Shown piece by piece: positions 1 to 10,080 of a DNA stretch of 32,000 nucleotides (positions are counted from its first letter, which is position 1; each line of letters begins with the position of its first letter). Below the pieces are notes generated by a model, which saw only the letters and a list, made by a program, of their open reading frames with translations, did no database searches and was not told where the DNA came from. Source of the DNA: Flavobacteriaceae bacterium (GTDB taxonomy: Bacteria > Bacteroidota > Bacteroidia > Flavobacteriales > Flavobacteriaceae); assembly GCA_965224465.1 (NCBI GenBank), contig OZ245049.1, positions 3,600,001 through 3,632,000 on the forward strand, in the 5' to 3' direction. The position numbers and the translations under genes are program-made.

Positions 1-170
1 TACAAGTAGATAGAAATACTGTTTTTTTTAGTAGGGGACGCGCACTTGTTTGGTATGCTAAATCAAGAAATGGTTCTATTGAGTATTTTAATGATAGAGG
101 ATTGCATCCAATTACAAGAAAAGAATTAAAACCTATTACCAATTATATTATTTCAAAATATGTAAAATGA
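1..170 (+). CDS. 3' end of an unidentified protein-coding gene (partial, runs off the left edge)
   Basis: The frame starting at base 3 is open to a TGA at 168-170 (...RGRALVWYAKSRNGSIEYFNDRGLHPITRKELKPITNYIISKYVK*). It is absent from the ORF track because no start lies in the window. No family recognised. Confidence 0.3.
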   Translation, partial: QVDRNTVFFSRGRALVWYAKSRNGSIEYFNDRGLHPITRKELKPITNYIISKYVK

Positions 171-312
171 TATTTTTAAGGATTCGGCTAAGTGAAGTGC
201 TATAAAATATTGTTTTTTTGTTTATTGAATGATACCTGTTTAACCCTGTGATTTCGCATTATATGGTTTCTTTTCTACAAGCTATTCTTCCATTTTTTGA
301 TTAGCTATACTG

Positions 313-466
313 CCAATTAAAATCCAAAATGACCTATATAAATAGTTTGTTTTACGAGCTAGCGTTGTTGAAAAACAGAACGATAGCTAAGGCTATCCTT
401 AGATTTTACGCCTATCTAAGGTAGAAAATAATTCCATTTCTAAACTGTCATTTGGAAATGTATTTG
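313..466 (+). repeat. Copy A of a bipartite intergenic repeat. Block 1 is 313-356 and block 2 is 425-466, separated by a 68-nt insert.
   Basis: Hand alignment to the reverse complement of 24065-24165. Block 1 matches 41/44 nt (ccaatta.aatccaaaat.acc.atataaatagtttgttttacg). Block 2 matches 38/42 nt (aaaataattc.atttctaaac.gtca.ttggaaatgtat.tg). Confidence 0.65.
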
Positions 467-502
467 ATAGTACAGGGATTGCAGCCATTGTGTTATAAAA
501 CA

Positions 503-540
503 AAAAAAGCCCAAAGCAATAGATGCTTTGGGCTTTTATA
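503..540. terminator. Bidirectional rho-independent terminator downstream of mutB
   Basis: The stem aaaagcccaaagca / tgctttgggctttt has a 5-nt loop. An A-run lies on the left and a T-run on the right, so a U-tract follows the hairpin on either strand. It lies 18 nt past the mutB stop. Confidence 0.7.
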
Positions 541-557
541 ATTTAGGATGTTATCCC

Positions 558-2690
558 TTACTCTTTTTCTAAATATTTTTCCATAATAGTGATGGCAGAT
601 TCAGAAATCACAGTACCAGGTCCAAAAACAGCTGCTACTTTACGTTCGAATAAGTAATCATAATCTTGCTTAGGAATTACACCTCCTGCAAATACCATGA
701 TGTCTTTACGACCTAATTTTTCTAACTCTCCAATCAACTGAGGAATCAATGTTTTGTGTCCGGCAGCTAAACTAGAAGCACCTACAAAATGAACATCATT
801 TTCTACGGCTTGTTTGGCAACTTCTTCTGGAGTTTGGAATAAGGATCCCATATCCACATCAAAACCTAAATCGGCAAAACTAGATGCAACAACTTTAGCC
901 CCTCTATCGTGACCATCTTGTCCCATTTTGGCAACCATCACACGTGGACGACGCCCTTCTATTTCTGCAAATTTATCAGCTAATTTTTGTGCTCTAGCAA
1001 AGGTGCTATCGTTGCTGATTTCTTTACTATACACACCACTAATTAATTTAGTATCTGCTTTATGACGGCCAAAGTGTACTTCTAAGGCATCAGAGATTTC
1101 ACCTAAAGTTGCAAAGTTCTCTGCAGCTTCAACAGCGAGTTCTAATAAGTTTCCTTCACCAGTTTCGGCACATTTAGAGATGGCAGCAATATTAGCGTTT
1201 ACTAAGTCGCTATCTCTATCGTCTTTCATTTTGTTGATACGTGCAATTTGTGAATCGCGTACGGTATTGTTATCAACTTCTAAAATTTCGATTTCAGATT
1301 TCTCAGTAGTACGGAATTTGTTAACTCCTACTAAAATATCTTGTCCAGAATCCAAACGAGCTTGTTTACGAGCAGATGCTTCTTCAATTCTCATTTTAGG
1401 CACTCCAGTTTCAATGGCTTTAGCCATTCCGCCAAGTGCTTCAACTTCTTCGACTAATTTCCATGCTTTGTCAGCAATTTCTTTGGTCAAATATTCTACG
1501 TAGTACGATCCAGCCCAAGGGTCTACCGCTTTACAAATTTGCGTTTCGTCTTGAATAAAAATTTGTGTATTACGTGCAATACGAGCAGAGAAATCGGTTG
1601 GTAAAGCAATAGCTTCATCCAATGCATTTGTATGTAAGGATTGTGTTCCTCCAAGTGTTGCAGCCATTGCTTCAACACAGGTACGTGCAATATTGTTAAA
1701 AGGATCTTGCTCACTTAAACTCCATCCAGATGTTTGACTGTGCGTACGCAAAGCCATTGATTTTGGATTTTGAGGATTGAAAGACTTGATTATTTTCGCC
1801 CATAACATACGAGCAGCTCTCATTTTTGCAATTTCCATAAAGTGATTCATTCCAATCGCCCAGAAAAATGATAAACGAGGTGCAAATTCATCAATTTTCA
1901 AACCAGAAGCCAATCCAGTTCTAATGTATTCCATTCCGTCAGCCAATGTGTATGCTAATTCGATATCTGCGGTAGCACCTGCTTCTTGCATGTGGTATCC
2001 ACTAATAGAAATAGAGTTGAACTTCGGCATTTTTTTAGTGGTGTAATCAAAGATATCACCAATAATTTTCATGGAAGGAAGTGGTGGGTAAATATAGGTG
2101 TTACGTACCATAAATTCTTTCAAAATATCATTTTGAATGGTACCACTTAATTCATCTAAAGAGACTCCTTGTTTTTTTGCGGCAGCAATGTAAAATGCCA
2201 TAATTGGCAATACAGCTCCGTTCATAGTCATAGAAACAGACATTTTATCCAACGGAATTTGGTCGAATAAGACTTGCATGTCTAATATAGAGTCAATAGC
2301 AACTCCAGCTTTTCCAACATCTCCAGTTACACGAGGGTGATCTGAATCGTAGCCACGGTGCGTTGCTAAATCAAAAGCAACAGACAGTCCTTTTTGACCA
2401 GCTGCCAAGTTACGACGGTAAAATGCATTTGACTCTTCAGCAGTAGAAAACCCAGCGTATTGACGAATTGTCCAAGGGCGCGTTACATACATGGTGCTGT
2501 AAGGTCCACGAGTAAATGGTGGCAATCCAGCAGCATATTTTAAGTGCTCTGCGTGTTTGATATCTTCTTGTGAAAATTCTTTTTTCACGGGTATTCCTTC
2601 AGGAGTGTTCCAAATTTCTTGATTCTCTGAAGTAGCAACGGCTTTTTTAGGCGCTGCGTTTATGGTTAAATCTGAAAAATCGGGTCTCAT
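558..2690 (-). CDS. mutB: Methylmalonyl-CoA mutase large (catalytic, B12-binding) subunit
   Basis: 710 aa. Canonical MCM N-terminal block ([63 protein letters not shown]). C-terminal cobalamin-binding DxHxxG motif ([11 protein letters not shown]). ATGA start/stop overlap with mutA. Confidence 0.95.
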   Translation of the reverse strand: MRPDFSDLTINAAPKKAVATSENQEIWNTPEGIPVKKEFSQEDIKHAEHLKYAAGLPPFTRGPYSTMYVTRPWTIRQYAGFSTAEESNAFYRRNLAAGQKGLSVAFDLATHRGYDSDHPRVTGDVGKAGVAIDSILDMQVLFDQIPLDKMSVSMTMNGAVLPIMAFYIAAAKKQGVSLDELSGTIQNDILKEFMVRNTYIYPPLPSMKIIGDIFDYTTKKMPKFNSISISGYHMQEAGATADIELAYTLADGMEYIRTGLASGLKIDEFAPRLSFFWAIGMNHFMEIAKMRAARMLWAKIIKSFNPQNPKSMALRTHSQTSGWSLSEQDPFNNIARTCVEAMAATLGGTQSLHTNALDEAIALPTDFSARIARNTQIFIQDETQICKAVDPWAGSYYVEYLTKEIADKAWKLVEEVEALGGMAKAIETGVPKMRIEEASARKQARLDSGQDILVGVNKFRTTEKSEIEILEVDNNTVRDSQIARINKMKDDRDSDLVNANIAAISKCAETGEGNLLELAVEAAENFATLGEISDALEVHFGRHKADTKLISGVYSKEISNDSTFARAQKLADKFAEIEGRRPRVMVAKMGQDGHDRGAKVVASSFADLGFDVDMGSLFQTPEEVAKQAVENDVHFVGASSLAAGHKTLIPQLIGELEKLGRKDIMVFAGGVIPKQDYDYLFERKVAAVFGPGTVISESAITIMEKYLEKE

Positions 2691-4513
2691 ATTTCTAAAG
2701 ATTTTAATGAAATATTAATGTTTTTTTGAACGGCACTGATGGTTTCAATAACATCAGATCTCATGTTGATGCATCCATTTAATCCAGCTTCTGTAAGGTC
2801 GTTCATAAGCTCGGTAGGAGCTCCTGCTAGCAACAATACTTTGTCTGTACTTATGGCTCTAAATGCTTTTACGAAAGCTAAAGCATCTTGATCGTAATCT
2901 TTATCAGAACTACAGATAATAACAACTTGAACGTCTAAATTAGCACTTTCTTCAGCGGCAATAGCTGCAGAGTCGTACGATTTTTCGTTCAATACTTTAA
3001 ATCCACTTACTCCTATAAAGTCATAAGCAAATGCTGCTCTTGCTTTACGCATGGCTACGTTTCCAAAGCTTGTTAGGGAAACCACAGGTCGAACGTTTGT
3101 TTTTTCAACAAAACGCTCCGTTACTTTACGTAAAGCTTCTATTTCTAGTGATGCACGACGCGGTGTTAATACCTTATCATTTTGAATCAATTTAGAAGGG
3201 TGATCTGAAAGTAAATCAGCAGCAACAGTTTCCATTAAGTTTGGATATTTGTTAACTCCTACCATGGAGATACGACGCTGGCTGATTAATTTTATTTTTT
3301 TCAAACGCAATTCCCCAATTTGTTCTTGGATTATTCCGTTTTCAAAAGCAGTATAGAATCCTCCGTCAGCTTCAATTCCTTTAAATAACTCCAAGGATTT
3401 TGCAGCAATTTTAGAAGTTACTTCTTCTATATAATAGGATCCGTCTACGGGGTTTGCTACTTTTCCAAAATAAGATTCTTCTTTTAATATGGTAGCGATA
3501 TTTCCTGCGATACGGTTAGAGAATTCTGATTTTTCATTGAATTCATTATCATAAGTATCAATCAAAACTCCGTCCACATTCCCTAAGATCGCCGCCATTG
3601 CTTCGGTGGTTGCTCTTAGCATATTGGTGTTCGCATCTGTGATGGATTTACTCCAAATAGATGTTTTTCCTGTAACGGTGTGGTTAAACGCTGTAACCTT
3701 GTACTTGTTTGCGATTTCGTGCAACAAGTGATTGAAAGCTCTGAATTTTCCAATTTCGATAAAATACTCTAGACCAATAGCGAGTTGGAAATGTAAGTTG
3801 TTGAATAGGTTTTGAACCACAACTTGTCTTTCTTCCAATTGCTCAATTAAGTAGGTAAGTGCATTTAATGTATAGGCAACTTCCTGTACCTGGTTTGCAC
3901 CAGAATCTAAAAATACAGTTCCTCCAACGGTTAGTGCTTTAAAGTTTGGATATGCAGTGGCTAATTTTATAATTTTAGCTTGTGCATCCAATTTATGGAT
4001 ATTTAGGACGCCTGTTGTTAGGTGTTTATCTATTATTTTTAAATCGATATACCCTTTTAACTCACTTGGATCTAAGTCAATTTCGCGAGCAAAATTGAAT
4101 AAATTACCTACAAACTCCACTTCGTTTTCTTCTAAGATAAAAGAAACTGCAATGTTGTTTAAGTACACTTCTTGTAAAAGTGCTTTTGGGTTTATGTTTC
4201 CTTTAATTTCAAAAATAATACCAGTAATACCTTCGTCAATAGCTCTTAAAGCAGCTTCGTTTCCTTGGTTATCAGAAGTTACGGTAATGCTTCTATAGTT
4301 GATTAAAGAAGCTGTGTTTTTTCCTGTATTATTTAAAATTGTTTGGGTGTCTTCTGTGTTGTAAAAAGGTTTGATTTTGATACCACTCAAATTTTTCCAC
4401 TCGAGTTTTTTGTCAAAATCAGCTCCTTTTAGGTCGAAAATTGCTTTTTCAATCCATTCCTGTTTTGTAACAGGTCCGAATTCGCTAAAAAGCGATGTGT
4501 TTGTTTTGTCCAT
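2687..4513 (-). CDS. mutA: Methylmalonyl-CoA mutase small subunit
   Basis: 608 aa with MCM-like fold signatures but no DxHxxG cobalamin ligand motif in the C-terminal domain. Immediately upstream of mutB and overlapping it by 4 nt. Confidence 0.85.
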   Translation of the reverse strand: MDKTNTSLFSEFGPVTKQEWIEKAIFDLKGADFDKKLEWKNLSGIKIKPFYNTEDTQTILNNTGKNTASLINYRSITVTSDNQGNEAALRAIDEGITGIIFEIKGNINPKALLQEVYLNNIAVSFILEENEVEFVGNLFNFAREIDLDPSELKGYIDLKIIDKHLTTGVLNIHKLDAQAKIIKLATAYPNFKALTVGGTVFLDSGANQVQEVAYTLNALTYLIEQLEERQVVVQNLFNNLHFQLAIGLEYFIEIGKFRAFNHLLHEIANKYKVTAFNHTVTGKTSIWSKSITDANTNMLRATTEAMAAILGNVDGVLIDTYDNEFNEKSEFSNRIAGNIATILKEESYFGKVANPVDGSYYIEEVTSKIAAKSLELFKGIEADGGFYTAFENGIIQEQIGELRLKKIKLISQRRISMVGVNKYPNLMETVAADLLSDHPSKLIQNDKVLTPRRASLEIEALRKVTERFVEKTNVRPVVSLTSFGNVAMRKARAAFAYDFIGVSGFKVLNEKSYDSAAIAAEESANLDVQVVIICSSDKDYDQDALAFVKAFRAISTDKVLLLAGAPTELMNDLTEAGLNGCINMRSDVIETISAVQKNINISLKSLEI

Positions 4514-4519
4514 AATAAT

Positions 4520-5809
4520 CTATTTTACCATTAAACTACTTCCAAAACGATCAAAAATCGCTTGGTCTAAACTTTCTCTATGATCAGGGTGTGCAATATC
4601 TCTTAATGATTGTGCACGTTGTTTTAATGTTCTTCCAAATAATTCGGCAACTCCAAATTCTGTAGCTATAAAGCGCGCATGGGCTCTTGTAGTAACTACT
4701 CCAGCTCCTACTTTTAAGGTAGGGACAATTTTAGAAACTCCACGACCTGTTACAGAAGTGATTGCACAGATAGGTTTTCCGCCTTCAGATAATGCAGCAC
4801 CACGCATAAAGTCCATTTGCCCTCCAACTCCAGAGAACATACGAGTTCCGATTGAATCAGCACAAATTTGACCTGTTAAATCTACTTCAATAGCAGAATT
4901 AATAGCGGTTACTTTTGGGTTTTGACGAATGTTTGCGGTATCGTTTACATAGGCAATGTCTAACATCTCAATTTCTGGGTTATCGTCCATAAAGTCATAC
5001 AAACGACGTGTTCCCATTGCAAAACCAGAAACAATTTTATAAGGGTTTAATTTCTTTTGAGATCCGTTTACAACTCCTCTTTCTACCAAATCAACAATAC
5101 CTTCAGAGAACATTTCTGTGTGTATACCTAAGTTTTTGTGATTGGTTAAAAATGTAAGTACTGCGTTTGGAATTCCTCCAATACCCATTTGTAAGGTAGC
5201 ACCATCATCTATAATATTAGCAATGTGTTTTCCAATTGCTTTTTCATCTTCTGTAGGAGCAACAAATTTCATTTCGTGAATTTCTTCTACGACTTCAACA
5301 CAAGCTGCAAAGTTTTTGATATGAACTAATGAGTCACCAAAAGTACGAGGCATACGTGGGTTGATTTGTGCAATTACTGTCTTTCCTTTTTCAATGGCAG
5401 AAATTACGATATCTACAGAAACACCTAATGAACAGAATCCATGTTTGTCTGGTGGAGTTACATTCACCAATACTACATCTAATTTCATGTAACCTTGACG
5501 AAATAAACTAGGGATGTCACTTAAAAAAATAGGAATATAATCTACTGTTTTTCCAATCATTTTTCTCACATTTCCACCGATAAAGAATGCGCTAGTGTGA
5601 AAGCTTTCCTTATGCTCGATGTTTGTGTAACCACACTCTCCTTCTGTATGCAAGTGTACAACTTTTACGCCTCTAAGCTCAGAAGCACGGTTTACCATTG
5701 CTTTGATTAAAGTTTGCGGTGTGGCTGATCCACCTTGAATTAAAACTCTATCTCCTGATTTGATTAGTTGTACGGCTTGTTCTGCCGTCATTTTGTTTGG
5801 GATGTTCAT
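4520..5809 (-). CDS. Acetyl-CoA hydrolase/transferase family CoA-transferase (4-hydroxybutyrate-CoA-transferase-like). By context, a probable propionyl-CoA:succinate CoA-transferase.
   Basis: 429 aa. Family motifs LQMGIGGIPNAV, HTEMFSEG and SGVGGQMDF. Only 6 nt upstream of mutA, between the decarboxylase and mutase genes. Confidence 0.8.
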   Translation of the reverse strand: MNIPNKMTAEQAVQLIKSGDRVLIQGGSATPQTLIKAMVNRASELRGVKVVHLHTEGECGYTNIEHKESFHTSAFFIGGNVRKMIGKTVDYIPIFLSDIPSLFRQGYMKLDVVLVNVTPPDKHGFCSLGVSVDIVISAIEKGKTVIAQINPRMPRTFGDSLVHIKNFAACVEVVEEIHEMKFVAPTEDEKAIGKHIANIIDDGATLQMGIGGIPNAVLTFLTNHKNLGIHTEMFSEGIVDLVERGVVNGSQKKLNPYKIVSGFAMGTRRLYDFMDDNPEIEMLDIAYVNDTANIRQNPKVTAINSAIEVDLTGQICADSIGTRMFSGVGGQMDFMRGAALSEGGKPICAITSVTGRGVSKIVPTLKVGAGVVTTRAHARFIATEFGVAELFGRTLKQRAQSLRDIAHPDHRESLDQAIFDRFGSSLMVK

Positions 5810-5846
5810 TTTTCCTTAATATTTATTCAATTGTCTAATAATATTT

Positions 5847-7169
5847 TTAACCTAAGAAACTCAATAATATACCTGCTGCAATTGCGGATCCAATAACTCC
5901 AGATACGTTGGGAGCCATGGCGTGCATGAGCAAATAATTGCTTGAATCGTATTTTAATGCTTCCGTATGTACTACACGGGCACTATCTGGTACTGCGGAT
6001 ACTCCAGCAGCTCCAATTAATGGGTTTATTTTGTTGTCTCCTTTCAAGAACAAGTTCATGAATTTAGCAAATAATAAGCCTCCTGCAGTTGCGATTACAA
6101 ATGAGATTGCTCCTAAACCAAATATTAATAATGAATCTTTGGTGATAAAGATATCTGCTTGTGTAGATGCTCCTACAGTAACTCCTAATAAAATAGTTAC
6201 AATGTCTATTAGTTTGGTACGTGCCGTTTCTGCTAATCGTTCGGTTCTTCCAGATTCTTTTAATAGGTTTCCGAAGAATAACATTCCTAATAAAGGCAAT
6301 GCACTTGGCGATATAAATGTAGTTAATAGCAGTGCAACTATCGGGAAAATTATCTTTTCTTTTTGAGAGACTGCTCTTGGTGGTTTCATTTTAATTTTCC
6401 TGTCCTTTTTAGAGATTAATAACCTCATAATAGGTGGTTGAATTACAGGGACTAATGCCATGTATGAATACGCAGCGATAGCGATAGGTCCAATAAGGTT
6501 TTTTACCGTTGTTCCATCTGCTAAAATATTAACACCATTGGCTAATTTTGAAGACAAGAAAATTGCTGTAGGGCCATCTGCACCTCCAATAATTCCAATA
6601 GCTCCTGCTTCTGGCAAGCTGAATCCTAAGTACAAGGCGCCAATAAATGTAGCAAATACCCCAATTTGAGCAGCTGCACCTAATAGCATTAATTTAGGAT
6701 TTGCTATCAATGATGAAAAATCCGTCATTGCTCCAATTCCTAAGAAAATTAACGGAGGGTAAATTCCTTTTACGACTCCAAAATACAGGAAGTTAAGTAC
6801 AGATCCTGTTTCGTAAATTCCCGTTTGATTCCCTGGGACAAAGGGTATGTTTCCTATAATAACCCCAATACCAATAGGGATTAATAGCAATGGCTCATAA
6901 TCAAATTTTATTCCTAAAAAGATAAAGATAAGTCCTATAAAAATCATGGCAGTATGTCCGTAAGTAACATTGGCAAATCCTGTATTGCTATAGAATTGTT
7001 TAATGCCTTTAAATGCTTCGGTAAAAGCACTGCTTTCTTGGGCTGTATTATCCTCTATACTTACCGTAGTAAGGTTTGATTCTGTAAGCGCTTCGGAGCT
7101 AAATCCTAACATTGGTCTTATAAAAATAAGAAGGGATAGGACTCCAAAAATTAATAGTATTTTTTTCAT
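5847..7169 (-). CDS. mmdB: Na+-translocating decarboxylase beta subunit (OadB/GcdB/MmdB family integral membrane protein)
   Basis: 440 aa and highly hydrophobic, with the typical family blocks (GIGAMTDFS, GAADGPTAIF, GAAGVSAVP). Sits in an operon with the carboxyltransferase, BCCP and OadG-like genes. Confidence 0.9.
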   Translation of the reverse strand: MKKILLIFGVLSLLIFIRPMLGFSSEALTESNLTTVSIEDNTAQESSAFTEAFKGIKQFYSNTGFANVTYGHTAMIFIGLIFIFLGIKFDYEPLLLIPIGIGVIIGNIPFVPGNQTGIYETGSVLNFLYFGVVKGIYPPLIFLGIGAMTDFSSLIANPKLMLLGAAAQIGVFATFIGALYLGFSLPEAGAIGIIGGADGPTAIFLSSKLANGVNILADGTTVKNLIGPIAIAAYSYMALVPVIQPPIMRLLISKKDRKIKMKPPRAVSQKEKIIFPIVALLLTTFISPSALPLLGMLFFGNLLKESGRTERLAETARTKLIDIVTILLGVTVGASTQADIFITKDSLLIFGLGAISFVIATAGGLLFAKFMNLFLKGDNKINPLIGAAGVSAVPDSARVVHTEALKYDSSNYLLMHAMAPNVSGVIGSAIAAGILLSFLG

Positions 7170-7224
7170 TGTTAATGTCTTTTCTGATGATGAATCCCAC
7201 TGACGAGTGGTTTCATATGCGTTG

Positions 7225-7644
7225 CTATTCTAGTTCAATCATTAATGCACTTTGTAATACTTGGTCTCCAACAGCAATATGAATGGCTGATACAGTTCCT
7301 GCTTTTTCTGCAGTAATGTTATTTTCCATTTTCATCGCTTCTAAGATAAGCATTGTGTCACCGATATTTAAGGTGTCACCTACTTTAATGTTTATAGAAA
7401 GGATTACACCAGGAATAGGACAAAGAATTTTTGTCTTAGCAGTACTCACATTCATTTTTGCTGGCGGGGCAGCAGGTTTTAAGGCAGAACGAACGAGGGT
7501 AGGAGTCTTATTCTTTTTAACTTCGTTTTTCATTTTTACCTCGTACTTTGTGCCATTCACTTCCAGATTTATGATGTTTTCCTCATGTGATATAATGTGT
7601 ACATTGTAGTTGTTTTCGTGTATGTTGAATTTAAAATTTTTCAT
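7225..7644 (-). CDS. mmdC: Biotin carboxyl carrier protein subunit of the decarboxylase (biotinyl domain)
   Basis: 139 aa. C-terminal biotinyl-lysine motif EAMKMEN. Pro/Ala-rich linker (KPAAPPAK) before the lipoyl/biotinyl fold. Confidence 0.9.
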   Translation of the reverse strand: MKNFKFNIHENNYNVHIISHEENIINLEVNGTKYEVKMKNEVKKNKTPTLVRSALKPAAPPAKMNVSTAKTKILCPIPGVILSINIKVGDTLNIGDTMLILEAMKMENNITAEKAGTVSAIHIAVGDQVLQSALMIELE

Positions 7645-7659
7645 ATCTTATGTTTTCTG

Positions 7660-7685
7660 ATTGCGGAGTTTTTACACTCCGCAAT
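7660..7685 (-). other. Intercistronic stem-loop between the OadG-like gene and the BCCP gene
   Basis: Perfect 10-bp stem attgcggagt / actccgcaat with a 6-nt loop. On the transcribed (-) strand no U-tract follows it, so it is not a canonical terminator. Confidence 0.5.
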
Positions 7686-7687
7686 TT

Positions 7688-8047
7688 TTAGATGCTATTT
7701 TGTGTACCGTAAATTTTTGAACTCCATGGCGAATATGATTTTTTGGCCTGTTTAATAGTCAAAATTGGATTTTCATAATCGTGTTGCTCATTCAAATACA
7801 TATGAATTCCTGCTGCTATTGCTGCTGTCAATTCTCCAGAAAAGTTAGGGTCTGGATCCATTACTATTTCCTCAATTTTTTTATCTTTTCTTTTGGTAAT
7901 GATTTTATATACATAAAGCATAAATGGCATTCCAAATTGAAAAAACAACGAAAGTGTTAATAAAGAACAAAAGACGATGATCAGTCCTGTGGTTAGAATT
8001 AGGTATCCTTCGCTAATGGTATCAGTCATTAATAATAAATTTGTCAT
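7688..8047 (-). CDS. mmdD: OadG-family small membrane subunit (delta/gamma-type anchor of the Na+-pumping decarboxylase)
   Basis: 119 aa. One N-terminal TM helix (LILTTGLIIVFCSLLTLSLFF) followed by a soluble tail. Its start overlaps the stop of the carboxyltransferase gene at 8047. Confidence 0.7.
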   Translation of the reverse strand: MTNLLLMTDTISEGYLILTTGLIIVFCSLLTLSLFFQFGMPFMLYVYKIITKRKDKKIEEIVMDPDPNFSGELTAAIAAGIHMYLNEQHDYENPILTIKQAKKSYSPWSSKIYGTQNSI

Positions 8048-9606
8048 TATAGAGGGATGTTTGAGTGTTTTTTAGGTGGATTTACAACCTTTTTATTGGC
8101 CAATAATTCCAATCCTCTAATAATACGGAAACGTGTATTTTTAGGTTCTATTACGTCATCAATAAATCCGTATTTTGCTGCTTGGTAAGGGTTGGCAAAC
8201 TTCGCTGTATATTCATCTTCTTTCTCTTGGATGTATTTGTTTTTTTCGTCGATATCTTCTATTTTTCTGATATTTCTTCCTTCCAAAACTTCTACAGCTC
8301 CTTTGGCTCCCATGACTGCAATTTCTGCTGTTGGCCAAGCGTAGTTTAAATCTCCACGTAATTGTTTACAACTCATTACATCATGTGCTCCTCCGTAAGA
8401 TTTACGTAGCGTTATGGTTACTTTTGGTACGGTAGCTTCTCCGTAAGCAAATAATAATTTAGCACCGTGTAAGATAATTCCTCCATACTCTTGTCCTGTT
8501 CCAGGTAAGAATCCTGGGACATCTACTAAGGTTACAATTGGAATATTAAAGGCATCACAAAAACGTACAAAGCGTGCTGCTTTTCTAGACGCTTCAATGT
8601 CTAATACACCCGCATAAAACTTAGGTTGATTGGCAACAATTCCAACAGGGCGACCGTTAAAACGTGCAAATCCTACCACAATGTTTCTCGCGTAATTTCT
8701 ATGTACCTCTGTAAATTCTCCATTATCAGTCAAAATGGAGATCACATCTAAAATGTCATAAGGTTGGTTTGGGTTTTCAGGAATAATATCATTCAACGCA
8801 TCATCCAATCTATCAACGGGGTCGTTGCATGGTAATACCGGTGGGTCTTCTAAATTATTAGAAGGGAAATAGCTAAATAGTTTGCGTATCAATAATAAAC
8901 TTTCTTCATCATTTTCAGCTAAGAAATGCGAAACACCAGATTTTGTAGAGTGGATATTTGCACCTCCTAGTTCTTCTGTGGTTACATCCTCTCCAGTTAC
9001 TGTTTTTACTACTTTAGGTCCCGTCACAAACATATAACTAGTTTTGTCGGTCATAATGGTAAAATCAGTCAATGCTGGAGAATATACTGCTCCTCCAGCA
9101 CAAGGGCCTAAAATGGCTGATATCTGTGGAATCACACCCGATGCCATGATGTTGCGTTGGAAAATTTCTGCATACCCAGCAAGAGATCTTACCCCTTCTT
9201 GGATACGTGCTCCTCCACTATCATTCAATCCAATTATAGGAGCGCCAATTTTCATGGCCATATCCATTACTTTACATATTTTTAAAGCATAGGTTTCAGA
9301 CAATGACCCTCCGAATACCGTAAAATCTTGTGAAAATACATAGACTATTCTTCCGTCAATCGTACCGTGTCCAGTTACAACTCCGTCAGATAGATAGAGT
9401 TGTTTGTCGAGTCCAAAGGACTTGGTTCTATGGGTTACAAACATGTCAAATTCTTCAAAACTGTCCTCGTCTAAAAGTAAGTCTATACGTTCACGTGCAG
9501 TAAGTTTTCCTTTGGCGTGCTGAGAATCAATTCTCTTTTCTCCACCACCTAATTTTGCTAGAACTCTTTTTTCTATGAGTTCGTTTATTTTTTTCTGATT
9601 TGCCAT
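8047..9606 (-). CDS. mmdA: Methylmalonyl-CoA carboxyltransferase (propionyl-CoA carboxylase beta-chain family), alpha subunit of the decarboxylase
   Basis: 519 aa. Carboxyltransferase blocks [27 protein letters not shown] and VDVPGFLPG. Confidence 0.9.
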   Translation of the reverse strand: MANQKKINELIEKRVLAKLGGGEKRIDSQHAKGKLTARERIDLLLDEDSFEEFDMFVTHRTKSFGLDKQLYLSDGVVTGHGTIDGRIVYVFSQDFTVFGGSLSETYALKICKVMDMAMKIGAPIIGLNDSGGARIQEGVRSLAGYAEIFQRNIMASGVIPQISAILGPCAGGAVYSPALTDFTIMTDKTSYMFVTGPKVVKTVTGEDVTTEELGGANIHSTKSGVSHFLAENDEESLLLIRKLFSYFPSNNLEDPPVLPCNDPVDRLDDALNDIIPENPNQPYDILDVISILTDNGEFTEVHRNYARNIVVGFARFNGRPVGIVANQPKFYAGVLDIEASRKAARFVRFCDAFNIPIVTLVDVPGFLPGTGQEYGGIILHGAKLLFAYGEATVPKVTITLRKSYGGAHDVMSCKQLRGDLNYAWPTAEIAVMGAKGAVEVLEGRNIRKIEDIDEKNKYIQEKEDEYTAKFANPYQAAKYGFIDDVIEPKNTRFRIIRGLELLANKKVVNPPKKHSNIPL

Positions 9607-9624
9607 GTTTATATCTTTAAGAGA

Positions 9625-10035
9625 CTAGTTTTTACCTTTTGAACAAAGTTCTGTAAGTACTCCTAAAGTTGATTTTGGGTGTAAAAATCCGATATCTAAT
9701 CCTTCTGCTCCTTTTCTTGATTCTTTATCTACCAATCTTACGCCTCTAGACTCAGCTGTTTTTAAAGCTTCGCTTGCGTTATCTACTGCAAATGCAATGT
9801 GGTGCATCCCAGGTCCTTTTTTTGCAATATATTTACCGATAGGTCCGTCTGGAGAAGTGCTTTCTAATAATTCAATTTTAGTGTCTCCTACTTGAAAAAA
9901 TGCGGTTTTTACTTTCTGATCAACAACTTCTTCTACGGAGTAGCATTTTAAACCTAAAACACCTTCGTAATATTTGATTGATTCTTCTAAGTTTTCTACA
10001 GCGATTCCTATGTGTTCTATGTGAGTAATATTCAT
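9625..10035 (-). CDS. mce: Methylmalonyl-CoA epimerase (VOC/glyoxalase fold)
   Basis: 136 aa. HIEHIGIAV...GPGMHHIAF...GFLHPK pattern typical of MCE. First gene of the operon. Confidence 0.85.
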   Translation of the reverse strand: MNITHIEHIGIAVENLEESIKYYEGVLGLKCYSVEEVVDQKVKTAFFQVGDTKIELLESTSPDGPIGKYIAKKGPGMHHIAFAVDNASEALKTAESRGVRLVDKESRKGAEGLDIGFLHPKSTLGVLTELCSKGKN

Positions 10036-10072
10036 TTTATATGTTTTAAATTGTTGTTTTTATTTTAGAGTA

Positions 10073-10080
10073 CAAAAATA
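10073..10080 (-). promoter_or_regulatory. Candidate Bacteroidota -7 box (TATTTTTG = TAnnTTTG) for the mce-mmd-mut operon
   Basis: The reverse strand reads TATTTTTG 37 nt upstream of the mce ATG. No clean TTTG -33 element at the consensus spacing. Confidence 0.4.

Noticed and set aside
1180-1503. Antisense or alternative-frame ORFs inside the long conserved genes. Examples: 1180-1503, 1523-1714, 3957-4298, 4371-4583, 5938-6366, 6460-6669, 7003-7203, 7283-7609, 9044-9292, 17337-19601 set, 20887-21237, 21538-22036, 22376-22708, 23474-23728, 25142-25354, 30525-30719.
   Set aside because: Each lies wholly within, or opposite to, a gene with strong family signatures. Their products are low-complexity with no recognisable motifs. 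They are the usual shadow ORFs of AT-rich genomes.
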